Source: Nostoc sp. DedSLP01
GTDB lineage: Bacteria > Cyanobacteriota > Cyanobacteriia > Cyanobacteriales > Nostocaceae
Direction: 5' to 3'
DNA: 64,000 nucleotides
Assembly: GCA_034530875.2 (NCBI GenBank)
Contig: JAVRCJ020000007.1
Span: 160,001 to 224,000 of the forward strand
Numbering within the stretch: position 1 is the stretch's first letter; every line of letters begins with the position of its first letter. Below the pieces are notes generated by a model. The model saw only the letters and a list, made by a program, of their open reading frames with translations, had not been told where the DNA came from and made no database searches. Of this stretch, positions 53,838 to 64,000 are shown piece by piece. Both the position numbers and the translations under genes were made by a program.

Positions 53838-54803
53838 ATGATGTCTAGTGATGCAATTGTTGAGTCTGAGTTATTAGAAAATGAAGCTGATAAACAGCGC
53901 AAGCCCCGGCAAATTCTCAGTATGCAAGAATTAAGCCTTTTGAATCATCGCTATAACTGGAAAGGGCTACTTCAATTAGCTGGACATCTAGCTGTTATGG
54001 GAGTTAGTGGTTATCTGTGGGCAATGAATTTTGGCAATTGGTTGTTAGCAATACCAGCACTGGTAATTTACGGTTTTAGTTTAGCTGCGATGTTTGCACC
54101 TTTGCACGAATGCGCTCACAGAACTGCTTTTGCTAACAAGCGTTTGAATGAAATTGTGGCTTGGTGTGCGGGTTTGCTTTCATTTTACAACAGCACATTT
54201 TTTCTCTATTACCACAACAGACATCACCTCTATACTCGCACTCCTGACAAAGATCCAGAATTAAACGAGCCGAAGCCAACTAATTTAGGTCGATACTTTT
54301 TAATAATTACTGGTTTACCTTGGTGGTTCGGAAAAATTAGCGGACATTTTCAAACTGCACTCGGTAAACTCGATGATTACCCATTTTTAACTCAAACAGC
54401 ACGAGCTGAAATTATTCGTTCGACTCGTTGGCAATTAGCTGTTTATATAATGGCGATCGCTGTTTCCATAATTGCAGGTCAGCCTTGGTTTTTCCTGTAT
54501 TGGGTGCTTCCCTTAGCTGTCGGTCAACCAATTCTGCGTTTTATTCTGCTAGCAGAACATACAGGCTGTACTCTTGATGAGAATCTACTGACCAATACCC
54601 GTACAACACTGACGTTATTTCCTTTACGATTTTTGATGTGGAATATGCCATTTCATGCAGAGCATCATTTATACCCATCAATTCCTTTCCACGCTCTACC
54701 TACCGCGCATCAACAGTTAAGTTCGCACTTTACCCACATTGAACCAGGCTACATAAAAGTTAACTGGGATATTGTCGATAAATCAAGGCGATCGCTGATA
54801 TAA
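53838..54803 (+). CDS. Fatty acid desaturase family protein
   Basis: His boxes HECAH, HNRHH, HAEHH; GGAG upstream of ATG 53838. The longer ORF start lies in dispersed repeats. Confidence 0.9.
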   Translation: MMSSDAIVESELLENEADKQRKPRQILSMQELSLLNHRYNWKGLLQLAGHLAVMGVSGYLWAMNFGNWLLAIPALVIYGFSLAAMFAPLHECAHRTAFANKRLNEIVAWCAGLLSFYNSTFFLYYHNRHHLYTRTPDKDPELNEPKPTNLGRYFLIITGLPWWFGKISGHFQTALGKLDDYPFLTQTARAEIIRSTRWQLAVYIMAIAVSIIAGQPWFFLYWVLPLAVGQPILRFILLAEHTGCTLDENLLTNTRTTLTLFPLRFLMWNMPFHAEHHLYPSIPFHALPTAHQQLSSHFTHIEPGYIKVNWDIVDKSRRSLI

Positions 54804-55149
54804 CAAAATCTCTGAGTTGTCTACTCTTAGACAACTCCAATTCGCTCGTTGGCTACGCCTAGACAAGCTATAGTTGTTTTTAACACCAGCTTTATAGAGA
54901 ATGTTTGCAATTGTCTGTAGCAGCCTATACTAATTTTTGAAATTGTATTTCATCTAGGCAATATTTATAAATGTAATAAACTTATCAAGTTACTGAAGTG
55001 CCAAATCTTCCTAAAATCAAAGCTTTGCTTTATATTTTTTAACTTTACTAAATCTTAGTTATACAAAAAAATCACAGTATTTATACTGTTGTTAAACCCA
55101 TGAATACTTACTTAATATGTAGCACAATATTTTTATTCTCTCAACGATT

Positions 55150-55443
55150 GTGAAATCTCTTCTACAGACTTACTTAGAACAAGACATTTGGATACTAATA
55201 CGAGAAAAATGGTATTTTGCGACAATTATCGGCGTTTGGGACGATTTATTGTGGTTTAAACATAGAACTTACAATAAAGATACAGAGGAAGATACTCTGT
55301 GGGAAATGGTTGTCAAAATCAGTGAAGTAATAGCAGTTGATAAAGTTAAGTCTGTGATCAGTAGAAAGCCGGACGTGCTGATTTCACGGCTATTAGAAAC
55401 CGAGCAAGGTATATCCGATTGCAATCAAGAACACGAACGTTAA
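55150..55443 (+). CDS. Small hypothetical protein
   Basis: 97-aa ORF with GTG start; possible Sm/SH3-like beta pattern. Confidence 0.5.
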   Translation: MKSLLQTYLEQDIWILIREKWYFATIIGVWDDLLWFKHRTYNKDTEEDTLWEMVVKISEVIAVDKVKSVISRKPDVLISRLLETEQGISDCNQEHER

Positions 55444-55727
55444 TAGACAAGTGCTTTTTGATTGGTGAATTAGAAAATAGGGAATAGGGAATAGGGAATA
55501 GAAAATAGCGAAAGATTTATTGTCTTTTGACTGAGGTATCAATTTTCCAGGCAATTAGATCGCATTATTATTTTTGCGAAGCTAGATACAACTGGAAAAG
55601 GCTTCTTGACTATTATGTATTTCCTACTCCGTATTCCCTATTTCCTAAGGAAGCTCTAATAATAATCTGTTAAACTATCTAAAATTTAAAATTATCGAAG
55701 CTGGTAGCTCAGGGCTGATAACTAAGT

Positions 55728-57404
55728 ATGAGTAAAGCCTTATTCTGTATCGAAAATCTACGAGTTGCCTATCCTCAACGAAGTGGAGAAGAAGCAAGCT
55801 GGGCCGTTGATGATGTATCTTTCACGCTGCAACCAGGTGAAAAAATGGGATTGGTGGGAGAGTCCGGTTGTGGTAAATCAACTATCGGACGCGCAGTCAT
55901 GCGTTTACTACCAGCTTCTAGTCGGATTGAGGGAAGAGTAACATTTCAGGGACAGTCAGTATTTGACTTGACGCCTAACGAGTTGCGAAAATTTCGTGGA
56001 GAAGCGATCGCGTTAATTTTTCAAGATCCGATGACGCGCCTCGATCCGCTAATGACTATTGGCAAGCACTGTATCGAAACTCTGCAAGCGCACTCGCCAG
56101 AATTATCAGCTTCACAAGCTAAAGAAAAAGCAATTGCGACATTGGCAAAGGTAAACATACCCGTAAGCCGTTGGAATCAATATCCCCATGAATTTAGCGG
56201 CGGAATGCGACAACGGGTAGCCATCGCCTTAGCTTTACTTCTCAATCCCAAGTTGATTGTTGCAGACGAACCCACCACGAGTTTAGATGTCACCGTTTCC
56301 GCGCAGATATTACAAGAATTAACGCGGCTGTGCAGTGAAGAAAACATGGGATTGCTGCTGATTTCCCACGATTTAGCAATGGTAGCTGAGTATTGCGATC
56401 GCATCGGCGTCATGTACCACGGGAAGATGGTGGAAATGGGTTCGACGCAAGCTGTATTCAGGCAACCGCAACATGAATACACGCAATCGCTTTTGAAAGC
56501 AGCTTTACATATTCAAACAGTGGATGAAATAGAAAGTGGGGAATGGGGAGTAGGGAGTGGTGAGGAGAAGCAATTAGGGAATATTAATAAGAAATCGCCG
56601 ATTTTGAGTGTTACGGAACTCAAACAACATTACACCATAGAACCTAACTTAGTTGAAAGACTGTTTAAGAGACAAGCCGAGACAATTAAAGCAGTTGATG
56701 GGATTAACTTGGATTTATATCCGGGAGAAATTCTTGGTTTAGTTGGAGAATCAGGTTGCGGTAAAAGTACTTTGTCACGGACAATTTTGCAATTAATTCG
56801 TCCCACTGCTGGCAAAGTTGAGTTTTTAGGACAGGATTTAACTAAACTATCGCGTCAAGAAATTCGTTCTTCACGGCGACAAATACAAATGGTTTTTCAA
56901 GATCCTCATGCTTGTCTGAATCCAGCGATGACGGTAGGACAAAGCATAGCCGATCCTTTATTTATTCACAATCTTGCCGATGCTGCCAAGGCAAAAGAAC
57001 AAGTTTTATGGATGTTGGAAAAAGTTGGCTTAACACCGACACAAGTGTATTATGAACGCTATCCATCAGATTTATCTGGAGGACAACAGCAAAGAGTAGC
57101 GATCGCTCGTGCTTTGATTACTCACCCAAAACTTTTGATTTGCGACGAACCGGTGAGTATGTTAGATGCTAGCGTGCAGTCACAAGTCCTCGATTTGATG
57201 TTGCAATTAAAAGAAGAATTTGAGTTAACTTATCTGTTCATTACCCATGACCTTTGGTTAGCCAGATTTTTGTGCGATCGTATTGCCGTGATGAACGGCG
57301 GTAAAATTGTTGAACTCGGCGATACAAAAAAGATTTTTGCCAATCCTCAACATCCGTATACCAAAACCTTACTAGCTGCTGCTCCCTTATTAGCACGCGC
57401 TTAA
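55728..57404 (+). CDS. Dual-domain ABC transporter ATP-binding protein (peptide/nickel family)
   Basis: Two GESGCGKS Walker A motifs, SGGMRQR/SGGQQQR, DEP motifs, HPYT. Confidence 0.95.
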   Translation: MSKALFCIENLRVAYPQRSGEEASWAVDDVSFTLQPGEKMGLVGESGCGKSTIGRAVMRLLPASSRIEGRVTFQGQSVFDLTPNELRKFRGEAIALIFQDPMTRLDPLMTIGKHCIETLQAHSPELSASQAKEKAIATLAKVNIPVSRWNQYPHEFSGGMRQRVAIALALLLNPKLIVADEPTTSLDVTVSAQILQELTRLCSEENMGLLLISHDLAMVAEYCDRIGVMYHGKMVEMGSTQAVFRQPQHEYTQSLLKAALHIQTVDEIESGEWGVGSGEEKQLGNINKKSPILSVTELKQHYTIEPNLVERLFKRQAETIKAVDGINLDLYPGEILGLVGESGCGKSTLSRTILQLIRPTAGKVEFLGQDLTKLSRQEIRSSRRQIQMVFQDPHACLNPAMTVGQSIADPLFIHNLADAAKAKEQVLWMLEKVGLTPTQVYYERYPSDLSGGQQQRVAIARALITHPKLLICDEPVSMLDASVQSQVLDLMLQLKEEFELTYLFITHDLWLARFLCDRIAVMNGGKIVELGDTKKIFANPQHPYTKTLLAAAPLLARA

Positions 57405-57471
57405 AAATTAGGATACCTCCTGTCTCTTGTACAGACGCGATTCATCGCGTCTCTCCTCCTCCCTCTTTTAA

Positions 57472-58377
57472 CTATTTCCCCTCTGCAATTAATTTCATTA
57501 CTTCTCCACTCGAACCATATAACTCAACAAATCTCTTAAATAACAATGCAGTTTCGTGAGTTGAAGCTCGATTTGAATTGAATAAACGCTCTATTTTTCT
57601 CTCAGCTAAAGTTCTTAAATATGGTAAGTCTTCAAACAGCGTTAAACAAGCAGCAAAATGTAAAATTATTTGCAATAATGGCTTTGGCCATTCTAGGTCG
57701 CTATAAATATCTATAAAAAACTGGTGTTCTGAGTCACTTAATGGGAAAACGTGAAAAATCACAATGATTCTTTTGTTATTGTAGACTGGGATACTCAGTT
57801 CAACTGTATAGGGGCTATGCAATATTAAATCAACTTCCACTATTGGTTGTCGCCAAATTCTCAGAGGATTAGCTGGCGAATCTAATATAGTTTGGAATTT
57901 GATTATCCCACCGATATTTGTATTTTGAAATTTGCTAACACTGAGAATTTTCAGGTTATTCAGGCTAAATTTATGAATTGTTTCCAAGTGCTTTAAGCTC
58001 AAAAGATGATAAATTTGGCATATATAAGGAAAAGGTAAAATATATTCTTGGCTAATCATGTGTAGCTTTTTTATCTTCAGCTTTTCCGCTTGAATCCGAG
58101 AGAGATATTCTTGATATTGACTTGGAGTAAAATCCTTGCTAGTAAAGCTTTCCTCTGGTTTGAGATATATCCAACTGAAAAAAAAGAAAGAAGCTGTAAA
58201 TAGTTGAAATACTTCTACACTCGATACATAGCCATCAGCAAATGCAGCTACACTTCTATCAGTTATGCCAAAAAGCCAAGAGTGAATGCCAAATATCCAT
58301 ATTAGATTTTTTATTTTATCTATAAAAATAGCACTTTCAACTTCTATAGATACGTTGCTAGGTCGAATCTCGCTCAT
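57472..58377 (-). CDS. Hypothetical membrane-anchored protein
   Basis: ~300-aa ORF with N-terminal hydrophobic segments; start uncertain. Confidence 0.6.
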   Translation of the reverse strand: MSEIRPSNVSIEVESAIFIDKIKNLIWIFGIHSWLFGITDRSVAAFADGYVSSVEVFQLFTASFFFFSWIYLKPEESFTSKDFTPSQYQEYLSRIQAEKLKIKKLHMISQEYILPFPYICQIYHLLSLKHLETIHKFSLNNLKILSVSKFQNTNIGGIIKFQTILDSPANPLRIWRQPIVEVDLILHSPYTVELSIPVYNNKRIIVIFHVFPLSDSEHQFFIDIYSDLEWPKPLLQIILHFAACLTLFEDLPYLRTLAERKIERLFNSNRASTHETALLFKRFVELYGSSGEVMKLIAEGK

Positions 58378-59124
58378 AAAATCATCATTTTTATCAAATA
58401 AATTATTAACATAACAACTCAACTTTTTAAGCTTAAAAAGTCTAATATTTGTTATGAAACTTATAGTTACATTAATTTCATCCTAAACATAACTAATATG
58501 AACTACCCTCTATCTTTAGCTGGAGATGCAAGTTATATTTATGAGAATTGAGAAAATCAAACTTTCCATAACTGAGCTTAAAAATACAAAATTTTTATAT
58601 GCATATTTCTGCTTGATGGAAAGCTTCAGAAATTATGTTGTGAGATATTGTAGTCTGTATCTTATGATGCATATATTGAAAATATTCATGTGTTATGATA
58701 GTAAAATCAAGCGTAAATAAAAAAATAAGCTATCTAAATCTAACCAAATATATATACATTAAAATCGAGAAATTTATTCTTACTGACATTAGTGAAGTTA
58801 ACAAGAAAGAATACATACGCTCATCTTTTCTTTTAAAGACGCTACGCAAACGATAAGGGTGCAAAACAATTAGTGGCTGATTTGAATCCTCAACTAATTG
58901 ATATTTAATTTCCCAATTTCCCAATTCTGAGTTCTTCTTCAATATGTTTCTATGAATTAATACTCAATGAACTGCTTGTTAATTTAAAAATGAGTAAATT
59001 AGCGTTTCAGAGGATCTTTATTTCGTTAATATCTGTGAGAATTAGACTATAAGCCGTATAATTGCTACTGTTTAGGCTGTATTATTTTTGAATATTTGCT
59101 GACGATTTTCTCTGAGACTTAGCA

Positions 59125-59628
59125 ATGATTATTCGCCATGCGACTGAAACCGACTTAGCCACAATTGTGGCAATTTACAACGCTGCAATTCCCAGCCGTA
59201 TGGCGACTGCTGATTTAGAACCAGTATCTGTGGAAAGTCGGCTTGCTTGGTTCAGGGCGCGATCGCCTTTACAACGTCCACTCTGGGTAATTGAAGTAGA
59301 AGGAGTAACTGCTGGGTGGCTGAGTTTTCAATCCTTTTATGGGCGGCCTGCCTATAGTAATACAGCTGAGATTAGTATTTACATAGCGCCTGCCTTTCAT
59401 CGGCGCGGTTTGGGAAAACAACTTTTAGCACAAGCAATCCACAAAAGTTGTAGTTTAGGTATCAAAACTTTAGTATCCTTGATTTTTGCCCACAATCAAC
59501 CCAGTTTAAAATTATTTGAAAAATTTGGGTTTCAACAATGGGGATATTTGCCTAAAGTTGCAGAACTCGACGGTGTTGAACGAGACTTAATTATTATGGG
59601 ATTCCGAATTAATCAACCTGTTGCCTAA
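59125..59628 (+). CDS. GNAT family N-acetyltransferase (phosphinothricin acetyltransferase/YncA-like)
   Basis: IVAIYN, RPAY..TAEISIY, RRGLGK, N.PSLKLF.KFGF. Confidence 0.92.
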   Translation: MIIRHATETDLATIVAIYNAAIPSRMATADLEPVSVESRLAWFRARSPLQRPLWVIEVEGVTAGWLSFQSFYGRPAYSNTAEISIYIAPAFHRRGLGKQLLAQAIHKSCSLGIKTLVSLIFAHNQPSLKLFEKFGFQQWGYLPKVAELDGVERDLIIMGFRINQPVA

Positions 59629-59669
59629 TTTCAATATTCTTGTATATGTACGACCAATCCAAAATATTA

Positions 59670-59882
59670 TTAGATGTACATAGAACGCGGTCTAGGATCG
59701 GGAATTGGACGGCCTAAATCCTTAGCCGTTTCTACCCACTCCTGCATCACGAGTTCTACATTATGTAAAGCTTCTTGATAAGTCTCACCATCAGCAGCAC
59801 AGCCTGGTAATTCTGGTACTTCAGCAATAAAAGCTTCATTTTCCCTACTCCAGTAGAGAATGATTTCATAGCGAAACGTCAT
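59670..59882 (-). CDS. hicB: HicB family antitoxin (short form)
   Basis: AEVPELPGCAADGETYQEAL...GRPIP. Confidence 0.9.
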   Translation of the reverse strand: MTFRYEIILYWSRENEAFIAEVPELPGCAADGETYQEALHNVELVMQEWVETAKDLGRPIPDPRPRSMYI

Positions 59883-60132
59883 TTTTATTTCCTAGCTGAT
59901 ACTTAAGAATTACTGCACGAACTTGTTTAACTTGATAGATTTTGGCTTTTCCTCTTTTGTGTTGTAAGTTTAATATTTCCTCAATACCATCTTTGACAAA
60001 AATCCGATGATCGCCACGAATCCGTTCTTTAAAACCCAGTCTGTATAAAAGTTGCCACAATTGCGCAAAAGGGATGTCTGTATCAGAAGTCCCAGAGAGG
60101 ATTTTTTCTAAGATTTTGTCTTGCTGACTCAC
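59866..60132 (-). CDS. hicA: HicA family toxin
   Basis: LGFKERIRGDHRIF...KAKIYQVKQV; overlaps the hicB start. Confidence 0.88.
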   Translation of the reverse strand: MSQQDKILEKILSGTSDTDIPFAQLWQLLYRLGFKERIRGDHRIFVKDGIEEILNLQHKRGKAKIYQVKQVRAVILKYQLGNKNDVSL

Positions 60133-60243
60133 GTTTTTCTGACTGCCTGACTACTTCTATAGTCTCATATTTTTGGAAAAATTTGTTGATGCAAAGAAAA
60201 AGTGAGTTTTATTTGGATAATATGGGGTGATGTTTGCGAGGAG

Positions 60244-60486
60244 TTAAGCTATATACTTGGTATTTTGTAGAATTAAGCAAATATCAAGCATTATCTTCCA
60301 ATTATAAAGTTGAGCAGTTAAATTGGCATTGCGGATACTGGTTAACCCTCCAACCAGAGGTATTACTACTATTGTGCCATCAGCATTACGTTCAAATCTG
60401 ATTAATTCGTTTATTTGATATAGCTGAAAAAATTGCTCATCTGTTAGTTGAATAACAAGAGCAAAGTTAATTTTTAAGGCATCCAT
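60244..60486 (-). pseudogene. Truncated Uma2 family endonuclease
   Basis: LTDEQFFQL...RFERNADG.I......GG N-terminus of cyanobacterial Uma2 proteins; ends after LYNW, without the PD-(D/E)xK core. Confidence 0.78.
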
Positions 60487-60630
60487 AAGATAATTTGTAT
60501 AATAACAAAGTTTATATTTAGTAAAATATTACTAGAAAAAATAAAAGCGAAGTTTTTAGCGATCGCTTTTAGATAAAATATCGCTATCTATATTTGACTT
60601 GGAATACACAAAAGTAGAAATGTAAATTCT

Positions 60631-60852
60631 ATGTCTAATTATCAAGAAGTACTACTGCAAGCTCAAAGCCTAACTCCTGAAGAGCAAATACGCTTAATTG
60701 AAGACTTGTCAAGCTTAATTCGTCAACAGGTAACGATGACACCTAAGCCAAAGCGTAGTATCCTCGAATTACGTGGGTTAGGTAAAAAAATCTGGAATGG
60801 CGTTGATGCTCAAGAATACGTTAATCGAGAACGTGATTCATGGAATGGCTAG
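60631..60852 (+). CDS. Putative antitoxin of a PIN toxin
   Basis: RSILELRGLGK..W.GVDAQEYV..ERDSW; overlaps the toxin start. Confidence 0.8.
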   Translation: MSNYQEVLLQAQSLTPEEQIRLIEDLSSLIRQQVTMTPKPKRSILELRGLGKKIWNGVDAQEYVNRERDSWNG

Positions 60853-61283
60853 TTCAGCTACAGGGGCAAATTGTGGGTTTGGATACTGCTCCACTAATTT
60901 ACTTTATTGAAGAAAATCCTAATTATTTGAATGTTACAGATGCTTTTTTTGAAGCAATGTTTCGTAGCGAGTTTAGCGTTGTAACATCAGTTTTGACTAT
61001 AACGGAAGTGTTAGTCTATCCCTTGCGACAAGGAAACACAGCATTAGCTCAAGAATATCGTGAAATTTTATTTAATTCGCAAGGTTTGACTACTATCGAA
61101 CTTTTTCCTGACATTGCTGAAAATGCAGCACAATTAAGGGCAGATTATAACTTAAGAACCCCAGATGCTATTCAGATCGCTACCGCTATTCATGGAGGTG
61201 CATCATTTTTTTTGACAAACGATGTGCGGTTGCCATCTTTACCAGGGTTATCAGTGTTAGTTTTGGATAGACTGATAGTTTGA
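60840..61283 (+). CDS. PIN domain (VapC family) toxin
   Basis: LDTAPLIY, TEVL, LRTPDAIQIATA, FLTND. Confidence 0.92.
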   Translation: MEWLVQLQGQIVGLDTAPLIYFIEENPNYLNVTDAFFEAMFRSEFSVVTSVLTITEVLVYPLRQGNTALAQEYREILFNSQGLTTIELFPDIAENAAQLRADYNLRTPDAIQIATAIHGGASFFLTNDVRLPSLPGLSVLVLDRLIV

Positions 61284-61412
61284 GTCTTTTTGTATGCTGC
61301 GATCGCTTGTTATAAAAGAGTGAGTGCGAAAGCTTTGCAGAAAACCTCACCAATAAAGCGTAGACACGTAGCGGCTTGTCGTTAGACATCGCCCCGCTAT
61401 AATAATCATTTA

Positions 61413-61754
61413 TTAAGCTGTTGCAAATTCTGTAAATTTTCTCACATCTGGAGGCTGAAAAGCTAACACAATCTCGCTGCTATTTACACCTAAGTTCATT
61501 AATTCAGTTGCTATTCCCTCTTCTGTCCAGTCTTCTTCTATAAAAATTTTTTCATTCTTAATCCGAATATGAACGTGAGTATATTTAAGTCTTTTGCTAC
61601 CTTGCCAATCTACAGTTAACCAAAGATAATGATCGTGATTTTCATCAAATACTAAACAATTTTCAGTAATTCGATCGGGTGATTGACGAGATAAATTATC
61701 ATATTCAGTTAGCACCTGTTTAATTAACTTTCGATATGTTGTTAATTTATCCAT
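61413..61754 (-). CDS. xisI: XisI family protein
   Basis: FDENHDHY...W....R.....[23 protein letters not shown]...GV....IVLAF. Confidence 0.92.
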   Translation of the reverse strand: MDKLTTYRKLIKQVLTEYDNLSRQSPDRITENCLVFDENHDHYLWLTVDWQGSKRLKYTHVHIRIKNEKIFIEEDWTEEGIATELMNLGVNSSEIVLAFQPPDVRKFTEFATA

Positions 61755-62158
61755 AAAGTAATTTCCTCCCTTTCATTGTTAAAAACAATAAATTCAATTT
61801 GCTGAAGTTTTACCACGGCTTGAATAGATTTTCTTTGAAAGAAAGTATCAAATACTGTATCTCTGATTGCTAGATAAATGTTATAGTTTTTACTGGCTAG
61901 TCGTAAAATATCGCGGTATAAAATATATTGACCCAGAGCATTTTCAAAATCTCTCATAGGAGAAGGACTGAGAAAACTTTTGATTTCTACAACTATTTTC
62001 CGTCCTTATTGTTCTGCTAACAAGGCTTTTTCTACAAATAAATCAGCATAAAGCTCTGCATCTTCATACTGCAAAAAATAAGGGTCAGCTATAATTGTCC
62101 AGCCATCTTTAATTAAGGGATTTTTAACAGCATCATGGTAAATGTCTTTTGCTGGCAT
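61742..62158 (-). pseudogene. xisH: XisH family protein interrupted by an in-frame stop
   Basis: MPAKDIYHDAVKN.LIKDGWTI..DP...then TAA at codon 51 (62006-62008), then KIVVEIKSF...ALGQY..Y...W in the same frame. Confidence 0.88.
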
Positions 62159-62178
62159 TTTCTTTATTGTAGTCTTGG

Positions 62179-62634
62179 CTAGATATTAAATTGCCGCCCC
62201 TTAATTGACGCTTTGATTTCTTCCCAAGTCAGCACATTGTCTGGATTTGAATCGTAATCAGCAATTCGGCGATCGAGTTCTTGTTGCTGCAAATCAGTTT
62301 CCCGATTAATAAATTGCTCGAATAATTCAAAAAAGGTATTTAATGCATCTTTCTCATCCGCAGAATGAAAAAGAATAATACTATCCCAGCTATGAGAAGA
62401 ACTGATTTTAAATCGTCGCTGTATCCAATCTTGAAATTGATTAAATTCTAGCTCTTGTTGAGTTGGTGATAACCCTAAATCTTCCCTACAAGCCATATAT
62501 CCATCTAAAAAAGCTCTCAATCTGGTAATTGAACATCGGCCTAAAAACATTCCTGGCTTTTGTTTAATTCTTTCGAGCATTTCATACAGATATTCATTTG
62601 TAATGATAGGAAGATGATGAGAATTGTTTTCCAT
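62179..62634 (-). CDS. Hypothetical protein with C-terminal addiction-module-like tail
   Basis: IKQKPGMFLG..SI..LRAFLDGY domain plus ELDRR.......P.....WEEIK tail. Confidence 0.65.
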   Translation of the reverse strand: MENNSHHLPIITNEYLYEMLERIKQKPGMFLGRCSITRLRAFLDGYMACREDLGLSPTQQELEFNQFQDWIQRRFKISSSHSWDSIILFHSADEKDALNTFFELFEQFINRETDLQQQELDRRIADYDSNPDNVLTWEEIKASIKGRQFNI

Positions 62635-62852
62635 AGTTTTGAAGTATTAAAAACTTTCTTCTCTAACTTGGAATTGTTGTGCATTAAAAAGCGATCGCTA
62701 ATTTTATGGTTGTACTGTAGGCGATCGCTTGCTATGAAAGAGTGAGTGCGGTTACCTCTTAGGCTTACAAAATTGCGCTTCGTTGCATGTACAACCATAT
62801 TTTGTATATATCTACCTTTTAAAATTAGTAAATATTTATGTAATTGCTATAT

Positions 62853-64000
62853 TTATCCACGATTCTTATTAGTTCTTTTCTCTTTATACTGAATACCCAT
62901 AACTTTGTCTTCTTGCTTAATGAAATAATCATGATTAAAAGAGTAAATTTCTAATCTATCTTCATAGATAACGTGAAGATGATTTTCATATCTAATTGAA
63001 CGAGGGTAAACTCTCCAACGAACTACAGGCTCATAAAAATTTATAATTTTTTGATCGCTACATAAAACAGTTAATGACTCATCATATTCTAAAATCACCC
63101 CAAAATAAGCAGTACCAGCACTAATTACTCTACCTGGAATTGAATCGTTTAAAAAAGTTTCCACCAATGAAAAAGCATTTTTATTCTCATTAGAGACTTT
63201 TGACTGAGTATAGTTAACAACATCAATACTATTAGAATTAGCCATATAGATTTTCTCTTGGCAACCCCAGCTAAAACCTGATTTTTGAAATACTTCTGTA
63301 TCAGGAATGATTCTTCTAAAACCCCTATTTTGGCTTTGAGTATTACTGTTTTTATTGTTATCCCAGCCAAAAGCTGCAAGAAAGCCTGAGGAAACATAAG
63401 AGGAAATATATAAACTTGCAAAAGCCCAATTTACTAAAGAAGAATGCCTATTGCTAACTCTGTAAACTTTGTTATCAACTTCTTCAAGACCAAGTGATTC
63501 AATTCCATAGTTATAGTTATTAAGATGTAATTCAAAAGCACCTTCATCTCCTGCCGCCATACCTATAGTATTTTTTGATGCGCTAATTGATAAAAGCGGA
63601 CAATCCCACAGTTTTTGAGAACGTGTACTAACACCATATTTCGTGTGCTGGCGGTGAATAGCACTAGCAATTAAGCCAGAATCAGTAATCACAAACAAGG
63701 TGTTATTATAAATTTCTGTATCAGTAGGTAAATCATTAGCAATATTATCCTGCCTAGAATATTCAAAATTTTTTAATTTTTTATTTGAAATTAACAAATT
63801 TTTAGCGGATAATTTTTTAATTTTTTTTAAAAGTAGATTCTTAATTTCTGAATCATTTAATATCGGCTGGTTATTCAATTTGTATAAATAATCACCTTCT
63901 ATAAAAGCACTTTTTACAAGAATATCATCTATTTTATCCTTAAAAATTGAACTGATGATGTCATCCCAACGATATACACCTACAGAACCATCCATGTACC
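62853..64000 (-). CDS. Hypothetical AT-rich protein, 5' end outside the window
   Basis: ORF of at least 380 aa reaching the window edge; beta-rich composition. Confidence 0.6.
   Translation of the reverse strand, partial: YMDGSVGVYRWDDIISSIFKDKIDDILVKSAFIEGDYLYKLNNQPILNDSEIKNLLLKKIKKLSAKNLLISNKKLKNFEYSRQDNIANDLPTDTEIYNNTLFVITDSGLIASAIHRQHTKYGVSTRSQKLWDCPLLSISASKNTIGMAAGDEGAFELHLNNYNYGIESLGLEEVDNKVYRVSNRHSSLVNWAFASLYISSYVSSGFLAAFGWDNNKNSNTQSQNRGFRRIIPDTEVFQKSGFSWGCQEKIYMANSNSIDVVNYTQSKVSNENKNAFSLVETFLNDSIPGRVISAGTAYFGVILEYDESLTVLCSDQKIINFYEPVVRWRVYPRSIRYENHLHVIYEDRLEIYSFNHDYFIKQEDKVMGIQYKEKRTNKNRG

Noticed and set aside
61413..62158. Heterocyst fdxN excision element
   Set aside because: No xisF-type recombinase or interrupted nif/fdxN gene in view; xisHI pairs are multicopy in these genomes

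Overview
AT-rich chromosomal segment from a filamentous, probably Nostocales, cyanobacterium. This is inferred from abundant HIP1 (GCGATCGC), heptamer STRR tracts, small dispersed repeats, chlM, a CAAD/CurT-like gene and xisH/xisI. The first ~35 kb is mostly housekeeping and signalling: murA, SRP RNA ffs, queF, an RsmB/RsmF-type methylase, recG, tsf-rpsB, a GGDEF-EAL protein, an alpha-amylase/CGTase-like enzyme, a histidine kinase, an antiporter and chlM. The rest is more accessory: a UDG-family gene, several toxin-antitoxin pairs, a DeoR/transketolase-like/aldo-keto reductase/PfpI/duplicated SRPBCC-Zn-ADH cluster, a haemagglutinin-family exoprotein, a desaturase and a TA-rich end with xisH/xisI. 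The most unusual unexplained structure is a 252-bp array of twelve 21-nt units of two types (47403-47654) just upstream of a 120-aa hypothetical gene, with palindromes bracketing both. Other oddities are a probable ATT start for murA, an internally deleted multicopper oxidase, MITE-like insertions with target duplications, nested dispersed repeats and a HIP1-anchored 30-bp direct repeat around the xisHI block. All calls come from reading the sequence; no searches were run.
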